Shown one piece after another: positions 10,893 through 18,993 of a stretch of 64,000 nt of DNA. Made by a program: the position numbers and the translations under genes. Location of the stretch: the NCBI GenBank assembly GCA_963733295.1, contig CAVTCS010000003.1, positions 1,152,001 to 1,216,000 of the forward strand, given 5' to 3'. This DNA is from Vulcanimicrobiota bacterium. GTDB taxonomy: Bacteria > Vulcanimicrobiota > Vulcanimicrobiia > Vulcanimicrobiales > Vulcanimicrobiaceae. The stretch's first letter is position 1. The number at the start of each line of letters is the position of its first letter. The notes below the pieces were generated by a model. That model was given only the letters and a program-made list of their open reading frames with translations. It did no database searches and was not told the DNA's origin.

Positions 10893-11813
10893 ATGAGAAA
10901 GAAAGTGACTATCGTCGGTGCCGGCAACGTCGGCGCGACGGCCGCCCACTGGTTGGCAGCGAAGGAATTGGCCGATATCGCCCTGGTCGACATCGTCGAG
11001 GGTGTGCCGCAAGGCAAGGCGCTCGATTTACGCCAAGCGCTCGCGGTGGAAGGCGTCGACGTCGACGTCGCCGGCTCCAACGAGTATGACGTAACGGCCA
11101 ATTCGGATATCGCCGTGATCACCGCCGGCTTTCCGCGCAAGCCGGGCATGAGCCGCGACGACCTGGTCAAGGCCAACGCCGAGATCGTCGGCAAGGCGAC
11201 CGAGGCGGTTGTCCGCAGCTCACCCAAATCGATCTTGATCGTCGTTACGAATCCCCTCGATGCAATGTGCGAGGTGGCTCGGCGGACCAGTGCGTTTCCC
11301 CGCGAGCGCGTGATCGGCATGGCCGGGGTGCTCGACTCGGCACGTTTTGCGACGTTCATTGCCGACGAATTGAAGGTCTCGGTCGACAACGTCACCGCCT
11401 TCGTGCTCGGCGGTCATGGCGACCAGATGGTTCCCCTTCCGCGCTACTCGACGGTTGCGGGCATCCCAATTACCGAGTTGATGGACGCGGCGACGATCGA
11501 CCGCCTCGTCAAGCGCACCGCCGGCGGCGGCGGCGAGATCGTCTCATTACTCAAGACGAGTGCCTTCTACGCCCCCGCGCGTTCGATAACCGAGATGGTG
11601 GACGCGATCTTGAACGACAAACACAAGATTCTTCCGTGCGCGGCATATCTGCAAGGAGAGTACGGACTTCGCGATCTGTTCGTCGGCGTTCCATGTAAGC
11701 TCGGCGCAGGCGGACTCGAGCAAGTCATCGAGGTCAAACTGACAAGCGAGGAACGCGCAGCGCTGACGCGGAGCGCCGAAGCGGTGAAGGAGCTGGTCGG
11801 CGCCCTCGGGTAG
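10893..11813 (+). CDS. mdh: Malate dehydrogenase (LDH-like type)
   Basis: [35 protein letters not shown]. Confidence 0.95.
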   Translation: MRKKVTIVGAGNVGATAAHWLAAKELADIALVDIVEGVPQGKALDLRQALAVEGVDVDVAGSNEYDVTANSDIAVITAGFPRKPGMSRDDLVKANAEIVGKATEAVVRSSPKSILIVVTNPLDAMCEVARRTSAFPRERVIGMAGVLDSARFATFIADELKVSVDNVTAFVLGGHGDQMVPLPRYSTVAGIPITELMDAATIDRLVKRTAGGGGEIVSLLKTSAFYAPARSITEMVDAILNDKHKILPCAAYLQGEYGLRDLFVGVPCKLGAGGLEQVIEVKLTSEERAALTRSAEAVKELVGALG

Positions 11814-11830
11814 CCGGCGGACCGGCGCCG

Positions 11831-13021
11831 CTAGTTCTCGCTCGTCGCCGCCGGCAAGGGGTCCCACAGCGCGACGTCGCCGCTGCGACGCTCAATCGGT
11901 TCGTAGCTGACCCCGCGCCGGCCAACGTAGTTCCCGCGTGGACGAATCAGCTTGTTGTCGGCGTACTGTTCCAACACGTGGGCGCACCAGCCCGCGACCC
12001 GGCTCGCCGCGAAGATCGGCGTGAAGTATTCGGTTGGAAAGCCAAGCGTGTAGTAGACCGAAGCGCTGTACAGGTCGACGTTTGGGAAGAGATGCCGCTG
12101 CTCCCAGACCGCCTGCTCCATCCGCTCCGTCAGCTCGACCCACTTCGTCGTCCCCGCCCGAGCGCCGACGCTTTTAGCGATCGCTTTCAGTTCGGTCGCA
12201 CGCGGATCGTACGCTTTGTAGACGGCATGCCCGAAGCCCATGATCTTCTCATGGGCCGCGAACTTTTGGGCGACCCAGTCGTCGACGCGCGCGACATCGC
12301 CGATCTCGAGGAGATTCTTGATGACGCCCTCGTTGGCGCCGCCGTGCAGCGGTCCTTTGAGCGTTCCGACGGCGGAGGTTATCGCGCTGTACATATCCGA
12401 AAGGGTCGCGGCCGTCACGATCGCCGAGAAGGTCGAGGCGTTCATCCCATGGTCGGCGTGCAGGATCAAAGCGACGTCGAGCACGCGAGCAGCCTCGGGT
12501 GACGGCTCGGTCCCGAAAAACATGTACAAGAGGTTGGCGGCGGTGTCCAGGTCGGGGCGCGCAGGCACGGGCTCGAGACCTTGGGAGATGCGGTGATAGG
12601 CCGCCAGGATCGTCGGAAAGACCGCGGTCAAGTGCTTTGCGTGCTCGAGCGAGGCGGCGCGCGAGTGGTCCGTAGCGCTCGGATCGAAGAGACCGAGTGC
12701 TGAGACCGCGGTGCGCAATACATCCATGGGAACCGAGTTCGGTCGCAGATCTCGCAAGACACGCAGCAGCTCGCCGGGAAGGCCTCGTCGCTCCGCCAAT
12801 TGGCGGCGCAAATCATCAAGGTGTTCGCGCGAGGGTAACGCGCCGTACCACAGCAGGTAGCAGATCTCTTCGTAGGTCGATTGCTTTGCTAAGTCGTGGA
12901 TGTCGAGACCGAGGTAGATGAGTTTGCCTTCATCACCGTTGATCGACGAGAGCCGCGTATTGCCAACGACGGCGCCGCGCAAGCCCCCTTCGGCGGAAGC
13001 CGGTGTACCTTTTGTCTGCAT
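11831..13021 (-). CDS. gltA: Citrate synthase (citrate/2-methylcitrate synthase family)
   Basis: HADHGMNAST, KGPLHGGAN, MGFGHAVYK, DPR, PNVDLYS. Confidence 0.9.
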   Translation of the reverse strand: MQTKGTPASAEGGLRGAVVGNTRLSSINGDEGKLIYLGLDIHDLAKQSTYEEICYLLWYGALPSREHLDDLRRQLAERRGLPGELLRVLRDLRPNSVPMDVLRTAVSALGLFDPSATDHSRAASLEHAKHLTAVFPTILAAYHRISQGLEPVPARPDLDTAANLLYMFFGTEPSPEAARVLDVALILHADHGMNASTFSAIVTAATLSDMYSAITSAVGTLKGPLHGGANEGVIKNLLEIGDVARVDDWVAQKFAAHEKIMGFGHAVYKAYDPRATELKAIAKSVGARAGTTKWVELTERMEQAVWEQRHLFPNVDLYSASVYYTLGFPTEYFTPIFAASRVAGWCAHVLEQYADNKLIRPRGNYVGRRGVSYEPIERRSGDVALWDPLPAATSEN

Positions 13022-13034
13022 TGCGAGCGAACAA

Positions 13035-13060
13035 TTCAGGCGGACGCAGCGAAGCCCTGC
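13035..13060 (-). promoter_or_regulatory. Putative SigH-like promoter GCAGG-N17-TGAA for citrate synthase
   Basis: Minus strand reads GCAGG gcttcgctgcgtccgcc TGAA, 13 nt before the ATG; the same motif recurs before other genes. Confidence 0.55.
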
Positions 13061-13103
13061 GGGCCGCCGGCGCCGGCCGGATCCACCATTTGGGTATCTC
13101 TAG

Positions 13104-13129
13104 CAAGGGTGCTACCGTCGCGGCCTGAA
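13104..13129 (+). promoter_or_regulatory. Putative SigH-like promoter CAAGG-N17-TGAA for the Ldh_2 gene
   Basis: CAAGG gtgctaccgtcgcggcc TGAA, followed by GGAGG Shine-Dalgarno and GTG 13158. Confidence 0.5.
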
Positions 13130-13157
13130 CCTAGGCGACACCAGCCGGAGGACTTTC

Positions 13158-14252
13158 GTGTCTGACTCCGCCCTCGCATCGGAGTATCGTCTTGCCGCAA
13201 CGCCGCAACTCGAACGCTTCGCCGCCGAGGTTCTGACGAAAGTCGGCGTTGCCCCTGCGGACGCTACCGTCGTCGCGGAGGTGCTCGTCGCTGCCGACCT
13301 GCGCGGCGTCGAGTCGAACGGCGTCGCCCGGCTCGAGACCTACGTCAACCGCATCAAGAGCGGGAAACTCGACGCGAAGCCGACGGTGCAGGTCGTGAGC
13401 GAAACTCCGACCGCGCTTGTGCTCGATGCCGGCAACGGCCTCGGTCATCCCGCCGGCAAACGCGCGATGCTCGCGACAATCGACAAGGCGAAGACGAGCG
13501 GTGCAGCGTTCGCGACGGTTCGCAATTCGAACCACTACGGGATCGCCGGCTACTACGCGATGCTGGCCCTCGAACACGACATGATCGGCATCGCTTCCAC
13601 GAACACCGTGCGCTACGGAACCGCGACGTTGGGAAGCGACGTCATGCTCGGCACCAATCCGTTTGCATACGCGATTCCGGCCGGCAAAGAGCCGGCCTTC
13701 GTGCTGGACTTCGCGACGACGACGGTGCCGCGCGGGAAGCTCGAAATGCACCTCCGCGAGGAGAAACCTCTCAATCCGGGCTGGGCAATCGACGAAGAAG
13801 GCCATCCCACGCTCGATCCGGCTGCCGCGCTTAAAGGTGCACTCCTTCCCCTCGGCGGCTTCGGCAGCGATAACGGAGGCCACAAGGGTTATGGCCTCGG
13901 GTTGCTCGCCGACATCTTGTGCGGCGTCCTTTCCGGCGGAGCGTTCGGCAGCGATCTCCCGGTGCCGAGCAGCGGGCCGGAGCCGGGCAAAATCTCGCAT
14001 TTCTTCGGGGCATTCCGGATCGACGGCTTCCGCGACGTGGAGGCTTTCAAGCGGGACATGGACCGCGAGCTCCGTGCCTTCAAAGACTCTGAGAAAGCGC
14101 CAGGGCAAGAGCGGATCTACGTGGCTGGTGAGATCGAACACGAAAAGACCCTCTATAACCGGAAACATGGTGTGCCCATTCCCGTTAAACTTTGGAACGG
14201 TCTCGAGCGCCTCGCCGGAGAATTGGATATCGCATTCGCCCTCAATCGATGA
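13158..14252 (+). CDS. Ldh_2-family oxidoreductase (type 2 malate/L-lactate/sulfolactate dehydrogenase family)
   Basis: DLRGVESNG, LDAGNGLG, NSNHYG, GTNPFA, LDFATT, GHKGYGL. GGAGG Shine-Dalgarno upstream. Confidence 0.9.
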   Translation: MSDSALASEYRLAATPQLERFAAEVLTKVGVAPADATVVAEVLVAADLRGVESNGVARLETYVNRIKSGKLDAKPTVQVVSETPTALVLDAGNGLGHPAGKRAMLATIDKAKTSGAAFATVRNSNHYGIAGYYAMLALEHDMIGIASTNTVRYGTATLGSDVMLGTNPFAYAIPAGKEPAFVLDFATTTVPRGKLEMHLREEKPLNPGWAIDEEGHPTLDPAAALKGALLPLGGFGSDNGGHKGYGLGLLADILCGVLSGGAFGSDLPVPSSGPEPGKISHFFGAFRIDGFRDVEAFKRDMDRELRAFKDSEKAPGQERIYVAGEIEHEKTLYNRKHGVPIPVKLWNGLERLAGELDIAFALNR

Positions 14253-14668
14253 TCCACGTCAACGTCAGCTCGCCGGCTGGGACGTACAGCGTCGGCAGTA
14301 CGCCCTTTTTTCGCTATGTCGTGCGGCTTTCGGATATCGGTCTTTCGATGCGCCCGGCCGATCAGGAGGCGCTCGACGTGTTGGCCGCGATTCCCAATGC
14401 CTATATCGACGAAGACGAGCTCTCCGGTAACGGCTGGCGCGTTGTCCCGGCCGCGACCGGCGCCGACTGGCCCGTCCTCGAGGCGACGCCGCAGCGGCTC
14501 CGCGGCGCACTGCAGACGGCACGCCGCCTGCTCTGGGAAAACGCCGCCCCGGTCGGCATCACCGCGACCGAGATCGTCGGAATAGAAGAAGAGATGGAGC
14601 ACGTTCTGGCCGTGCTCGACCGCGCCGAAGCCGGCGGCTTCAGCGTCAACGTCACGTACGTTACTTAA
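14249..14668 (+). CDS. Hypothetical protein (139 aa, acidic)
   Basis: ATGA overlap with the Ldh_2 stop; host-like codon usage. Confidence 0.65.
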   Translation: MIHVNVSSPAGTYSVGSTPFFRYVVRLSDIGLSMRPADQEALDVLAAIPNAYIDEDELSGNGWRVVPAATGADWPVLEATPQRLRGALQTARRLLWENAAPVGITATEIVGIEEEMEHVLAVLDRAEAGGFSVNVTYVT

Positions 14669-15825
14669 AAGCGGTCCATGCCGTCGTAAGACTCGGGTCG
14701 ATAGCGCAAGAGTAGGTTCATTTTCCGAATGACGTCGGCGCTGCGAAAGCGCGCGTCGTATGCGCGCACCGTCCGCCAGCCATCCGCGCATTCGCCCAGC
14801 CGGCAACGAGCTTCAAGGTAGGCTCCAAGCTCGACGAGCGTTATTTCGGGGCGTTGTTCGGCCGAGTATTGCCTTAACGGGGACACGGCCTCATGCAGCG
14901 CCGCCCTAGCCGCTGCATGAATCATCTCTGGATTCTCGAGCGAGGTGTTGACGAATTTTCCCTCTCGGATGGCGAGGGTGACGAGAGGCCCGACGCACCG
15001 GGCCGGATTTCCGCCAAGTAGATCCCCGTCCGCCGCCGTTGTAACCAGGACCATGCCGCCGTTGTCGGCTTGCTCCGGCTCTCCGTTTGCTTTGCATCCG
15101 AACGCCGTGTGCAGAAGGCGATAAACCCCGGCGGAGCGGTTGAACGTATAAGCCGAAAGCTCCCCGCAGCATCCGTTGCCACCAGTGTTCATGGAAATGA
15201 GCAGCACGGGCTCGCCCGATGCGTCGATCGGAACTAATCGCGCGAAGATAATGCCAACGCCACTTGCGGGCGGCGTAACGTTGTGGACGACTCCATCCCG
15301 AACGATCGTGACGTGAACATCGGCTGAATCTAAGGGTCCTTCTCTAAACTCGAATTCTTGTTCGTCGATGAAGGCCTTGACCTGTCCTCGCCTGAGGACG
15401 TATTGAGTGTGAGCCGCTGAAAATGACTTCCTTGAGGTTCCTGCAGGTTTCCGGTGCTGCGCGGCTGGGACGGAAAACAGAATGTTGCGCGAGTCAAGCT
15501 CACCGGATACCCAATAGGACACATCGACGGCGGTCGAGCCTCCGGTGTCTCGCGTGCACCAGAGGTCGACGTCGCGGGCGCCTGGTGGCAACGCGAGCGC
15601 CACGTGTTCATTTGAACCTCCGCTGATCCGAAGATCCGGAGCGCGCGCGATTTTGGCGCCGGCTCTGTATTCGATGAGTTGCGCCCGCGAGTTTCCGCAG
15701 CGAATGGTCGTCGTCACGATAACGGCTTCCAACGGCCACGCGGACGCGCGAGAACTGCCACCGATCAAACTACCAACCAGCCAAAATGCGGCGGCGGCAA
15801 AGGTTCCCACGCGAGCCCTACTCAC
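14665..15825 (-). CDS. Hypothetical secreted protein, Cys-rich (TGGNGCC)
   Basis: Signal-peptide-like N-terminus ending ASA; 386-aa ORF that fills the gap between neighbours. Confidence 0.65.
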   Translation of the reverse strand: MSRARVGTFAAAAFWLVGSLIGGSSRASAWPLEAVIVTTTIRCGNSRAQLIEYRAGAKIARAPDLRISGGSNEHVALALPPGARDVDLWCTRDTGGSTAVDVSYWVSGELDSRNILFSVPAAQHRKPAGTSRKSFSAAHTQYVLRRGQVKAFIDEQEFEFREGPLDSADVHVTIVRDGVVHNVTPPASGVGIIFARLVPIDASGEPVLLISMNTGGNGCCGELSAYTFNRSAGVYRLLHTAFGCKANGEPEQADNGGMVLVTTAADGDLLGGNPARCVGPLVTLAIREGKFVNTSLENPEMIHAAARAALHEAVSPLRQYSAEQRPEITLVELGAYLEARCRLGECADGWRTVRAYDARFRSADVIRKMNLLLRYRPESYDGMDRF

Positions 15826-15875
15826 GCCGTTGATCGAACGCCTCCGGCGTCGCGGCTGCTCTGACTCGCGAGCGG

Positions 15876-16769
15876 TTATTGACGGTCGCCGAAGAGTTGT
15901 CCTAAGACGCCGCCGACGTTGCTCTGGCCGCCCTGTTGTTGAGGGCCTTCGCGTTGCGGCTCGTGGTAGGTCATCGATTGGAGACCGATGCGGCCCGGGC
16001 CATAGAACCGGTTGAGTGTTAGCGAAGCGCCGCCGACGAGCGCGCCGAGCGCACCCATCAACCCGCCGCTGCCCTGCGACTGCAGCGCCGAGACGGTGTC
16101 CATCCGCACATTCGCATCTTTCCAGAGCCAGGCGCCGGGTTCGACGTCGAGCATCTCGCCCGGTTGAAGCGTCTTCTCGAAGACGTTCCCATAGCCGTGA
16201 AGCAACACAATGCCTTCGCCTTGTTGGGCGATAAAGCGATCGATGAAAAGGCCGGTGCGGGAGAAGAAGACGTTGGCGAGGCCGGTCTGCCAGTAGAAGT
16301 CGTACGCGACGTTACTCGTGGCCAGCAAGAACTGATGCTCGCGCACGTCGATTGACTGACCCGGTGCGAGCCGCATCGCGACGATCTGTCCGGGTGCCTC
16401 GCGCGAAAACGAGATGTTTCCTGGCCCTTTTGCGGTCGAGATAAAGATCTGCAAGCCCGCAAAGAAACGCTTACCCGCGTTCTTGAGGTTCATGAACCCG
16501 AGCGTAACGTTCGGCTGCTTCCAGAGCAGGATGTGGTGCTCGAAGTAGACCGTCTGCTGCGAACCGAGTTCGACGTCGACGACCGGGACGAGCTCGCCCT
16601 CGATCTTGATCGACATATCGCCGAGAACGATCGGCTCCTTGGGGTTGTCGCTCTCCGGTACCGGCTCTTGGTACGAGCCGACCTGCGTGGCTTGCGGCGC
16701 GGGGGCTCCGCAATTCGGGCAAAAGCGTGCACCGGGCTCGAGCGGTGTCTGACAGGACGGGCAGTTCAT
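15876..16769 (-). CDS. AIM24-family protein with N-terminal zinc ribbon
   Basis: MNCPSCQ...ARFCPNCG zinc ribbon, then an AIM24-like domain ending GPGRIGLQSM. GGAGG Shine-Dalgarno before ATG 16769. Confidence 0.8.
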   Translation of the reverse strand: MNCPSCQTPLEPGARFCPNCGAPAPQATQVGSYQEPVPESDNPKEPIVLGDMSIKIEGELVPVVDVELGSQQTVYFEHHILLWKQPNVTLGFMNLKNAGKRFFAGLQIFISTAKGPGNISFSREAPGQIVAMRLAPGQSIDVREHQFLLATSNVAYDFYWQTGLANVFFSRTGLFIDRFIAQQGEGIVLLHGYGNVFEKTLQPGEMLDVEPGAWLWKDANVRMDTVSALQSQGSGGLMGALGALVGGASLTLNRFYGPGRIGLQSMTYHEPQREGPQQQGGQSNVGGVLGQLFGDRQ

Positions 16770-16884
16770 GAGTGCCTCCGGCTCGGGCAGAAAAAAGAGC
16801 GACGAATCGTTACGAATGTCGGCTACTTGGACCGCGCACCTGAGTTTCGCCGAGCTGGCCCGCGTGGCTCCTTTTGTGACGGGT

Positions 16885-17850
16885 TTAGCTGCGGTCGCGA
16901 GGATGGGCTTTATCGAACTGCTCGAGCAGCCGCTGCTTCGAGACTTTCGTGTAGACCTGGGTCGTCGCCAGGCTTTCGTGGCCGAGCAGTTCCTTGATGA
17001 CGAGCAGGTCTGCACCATTTTCGTACAAGTGGGTGGCGAAGGAATGCCGCATCGTGTGCGGCGAGGCGTGGGACCGGATGCCGCTCACCGCGAGAAAGAT
17101 CCGGAAGATCTTGTAGATGCCCGATTGGCTGAGGCGCAGTCCCCCGCGCCCGACGAAGAAAGCGCTTTCGGGCGTGCGCGGCCGGTGGCCCAAATAGGCT
17201 CGCATCGCGTCGCTTGCCGCAGTCGTCATGAGGACGGTCCGGTCTCGGTTGCCCTTGCCGGCGACGACGCGGATCTCGCGCCGGTCGAGATCGACGTCTT
17301 CGAGGTTGAGGTTGAGCAGCTCGGTGCGGCGCAGCCCGGTGCCGTAGAGCGTTTCGAGAATCGCACGATCCCGCAGCCGTTGGAAGTCGGTGCGCCCGGC
17401 GAGAGTCGTGTTGAGCAGCTTGGTGATCTCCTCGGGCTTGAGAGCCTTGGGAAGCGGCCGCCCGATCTTCGGTCCCTCGATCTCGAGCGCCGGATTGGTC
17501 TTGCACAAGCCCTTGAGTTTGACGAATTTGTAAAAGGTGCGCAGCGCCGAGAGCTTGCGCTGGACCGAGCGGGCCGAGTACGCCCGCGAGCTGCGCAGCG
17601 AGCCCACGTAGGCCCCCACGGCTGCGCTCGTGGCGCGGGCCAGCGGATAGGGCGGCGCGAGCCGCTTACCGGGCTTCGCGCCGTCGTCGAAGCCTTTGAG
17701 GAACGATCCGAAGTCTTCGAGGTCGCGCTGATATGCCACGATCGAGTTCGGACTGATGTTGCGTGCGTCCAAATAGCGCGCGAAGTCCGCAATCAACGGA
17801 TCGGTCGAGCGGAACGGTGCGGGCTCGTAACGGCGCCGGACTGTGCCCAT
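16885..17850 (-). CDS. Tyrosine recombinase, XerC/XerD-like
   Basis: N-terminal SAM-like domain (AYQRDL, RKLSALRTFY); catalytic R (GLRRTEL), K (GKG), HxxR (HTMRHSFATH), H (LLGH), Y (TTQVYT); ends AHPR. GAGGAG Shine-Dalgarno. Confidence 0.92.
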   Translation of the reverse strand: MGTVRRRYEPAPFRSTDPLIADFARYLDARNISPNSIVAYQRDLEDFGSFLKGFDDGAKPGKRLAPPYPLARATSAAVGAYVGSLRSSRAYSARSVQRKLSALRTFYKFVKLKGLCKTNPALEIEGPKIGRPLPKALKPEEITKLLNTTLAGRTDFQRLRDRAILETLYGTGLRRTELLNLNLEDVDLDRREIRVVAGKGNRDRTVLMTTAASDAMRAYLGHRPRTPESAFFVGRGGLRLSQSGIYKIFRIFLAVSGIRSHASPHTMRHSFATHLYENGADLLVIKELLGHESLATTQVYTKVSKQRLLEQFDKAHPRDRS

Positions 17851-17887
17851 TCGCCTCTCCTCACCTCAAACGTGAGGAACGATAAGG

Positions 17888-17960
17888 GGAATTTCCGTTA
17901 CTTTCGCTCAGTTGGGAATTGCGCCCTCCTGGTGCTTGGCGCGAAAGTACCGGAAATTCC
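17888..17960. repeat. 20-bp inverted repeat pair (19/20 match) with a 33-bp spacer, upstream of the recombinase
   Basis: 17888-17907 GGAATTTCCGTTACTTTCGC and 17941-17960 GCGAAAGTACCGGAAATTCC are reverse complements with one central mismatch. Confidence 0.9.
17903..17929 (-). promoter_or_regulatory. Putative SigH-like promoter GGAGG-N18-CGAA for the recombinase, embedded in the inverted repeat
   Basis: Minus strand reads GGAGG gcgcaattcccaactgag CGAA; the CGAA lies inside the gene-proximal repeat arm. Confidence 0.5.
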
Positions 17961-18045
17961 GGGCTGGGTAACGGTGGCGAAGATTGAGGGCGGACGGGGG
18001 ATTCGCGGGCAGGTTCAGGGCTGCGCCCTTCCCTGCTGGCGGCGA

Positions 18046-18978
18046 CTAGGCGTTGGTCGTGTGAGTCTGCCGGAGCAGTTCGTTTAGCGATTTGATTTGC
18101 TCGCGGTATGGTTCGCGAGCCCACGAGCGCTTAGGCTTGCCCGTCAGGGGCGTTGTGTCGAGGCGGTTTGAAATTGAGATGTCCTGGATCGCTGCGAACG
18201 TTCCCCTCGACACGCCGAAACGTTGCGCGACTTTCTCGGTGTCGAGAACGAGTTGGCCGATCGGTTCGAGGCGCATGCGGCGGTAGTGCGTTGCCGACAA
18301 CGTCGCTGATGACTCGATTCGGAAGCCGGATAGTGCTCCAGGGTGACGGGGTTTCTCCGCTATGGCGGCGTTGAGGACGAGTGGCCGGTACCAAGCGAGA
18401 TAGTCGAAGGCGTGGCCTCGATCGACGATGGCGAGCGCGCTCCAGCCGTCCTGAACCCAACGAAGGTATGCATATTCCTCGGAGTGGAGAGCGTTCAGGC
18501 TCTCGACCGACGGAGAATAGGGGTTGATGCATTCGTCGCTCGAGACCGGATAGGCGTAGACGCCGCCCAACTCAAGAACGAATTTTTGCGGCCTCTTCAG
18601 CGTTGGGCCGCGGGAGTTGGCCGGCGATTCGAGGCGCTCGCGAAATTCCTCGAGGTTGGCGGCGCGCTTTCGGAGATCGCGGTCGCTCATGCCGAGTGCG
18701 CGGCAGATTGCGATGTCGCTCCCGCTCCGAATTATGGCGAGCGCTTTCTCCTGCGCCTCGGCGCATGGGATTCCGCGGCGGTGCAGCTGATCGGCGACCA
18801 CCAGCCAGAAGGTTGAGTGTTCCTCATTTTGCTCGTTGGCGTCGGCCCCGTCCGCCGTCGAACGCACGATCGCGAGGATCTTCTCGCCGTCGAAGGGCAA
18901 CCGCGATACGGCTCGGATCGTCGACCGCAGGTCGAGGGCGAAGTCACCCGAGTAGAGGCCGGTTCCCCACATCCCCAT
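18046..18978 (-). CDS. Hypothetical protein with DUF4259-like N-terminus
   Basis: Starts MGMWGTGLYSGDFALD, resembling the DUF4259 MGxWGxG start; helical domain followed by a beta-rich C-terminal half. Confidence 0.6.
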   Translation of the reverse strand: MGMWGTGLYSGDFALDLRSTIRAVSRLPFDGEKILAIVRSTADGADANEQNEEHSTFWLVVADQLHRRGIPCAEAQEKALAIIRSGSDIAICRALGMSDRDLRKRAANLEEFRERLESPANSRGPTLKRPQKFVLELGGVYAYPVSSDECINPYSPSVESLNALHSEEYAYLRWVQDGWSALAIVDRGHAFDYLAWYRPLVLNAAIAEKPRHPGALSGFRIESSATLSATHYRRMRLEPIGQLVLDTEKVAQRFGVSRGTFAAIQDISISNRLDTTPLTGKPKRSWAREPYREQIKSLNELLRQTHTTNA

Positions 18979-18993
18979 CGCGCCGGCGATCCG

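Noticed and set aside
13101..13114. CIRCE element
   Set aside because: TAGCA-N4-TGCTA shares only the outer bases with TTAGCACTC-N9-GAGTGCTAA, has the wrong spacing, and no chaperone genes are adjacent.
16885..17960. Integron (IntI with attI/attC)
   Set aside because: The recombinase lacks the IntI-specific insertion before box II and ends in the Xer-type AHPR. The hairpin lacks RYYYAAC/GTTRRRY ends and is not repeated after neighbouring ORFs.
17851..18045. Canonical XerCD dif site
   Set aside because: No match to the GGTGCGCATAA-N6-TTATGTTAAAT pattern. Only an atypical site remains possible.
16768..18087. 439-aa plus-strand ORF and other long shadow ORFs (for example 23492-24940, 50777-52009, 60901-62418)
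   Set aside because: They lie antisense to or in alternate frames of well-supported genes, have no motifs, and are expected in high-GC DNA.
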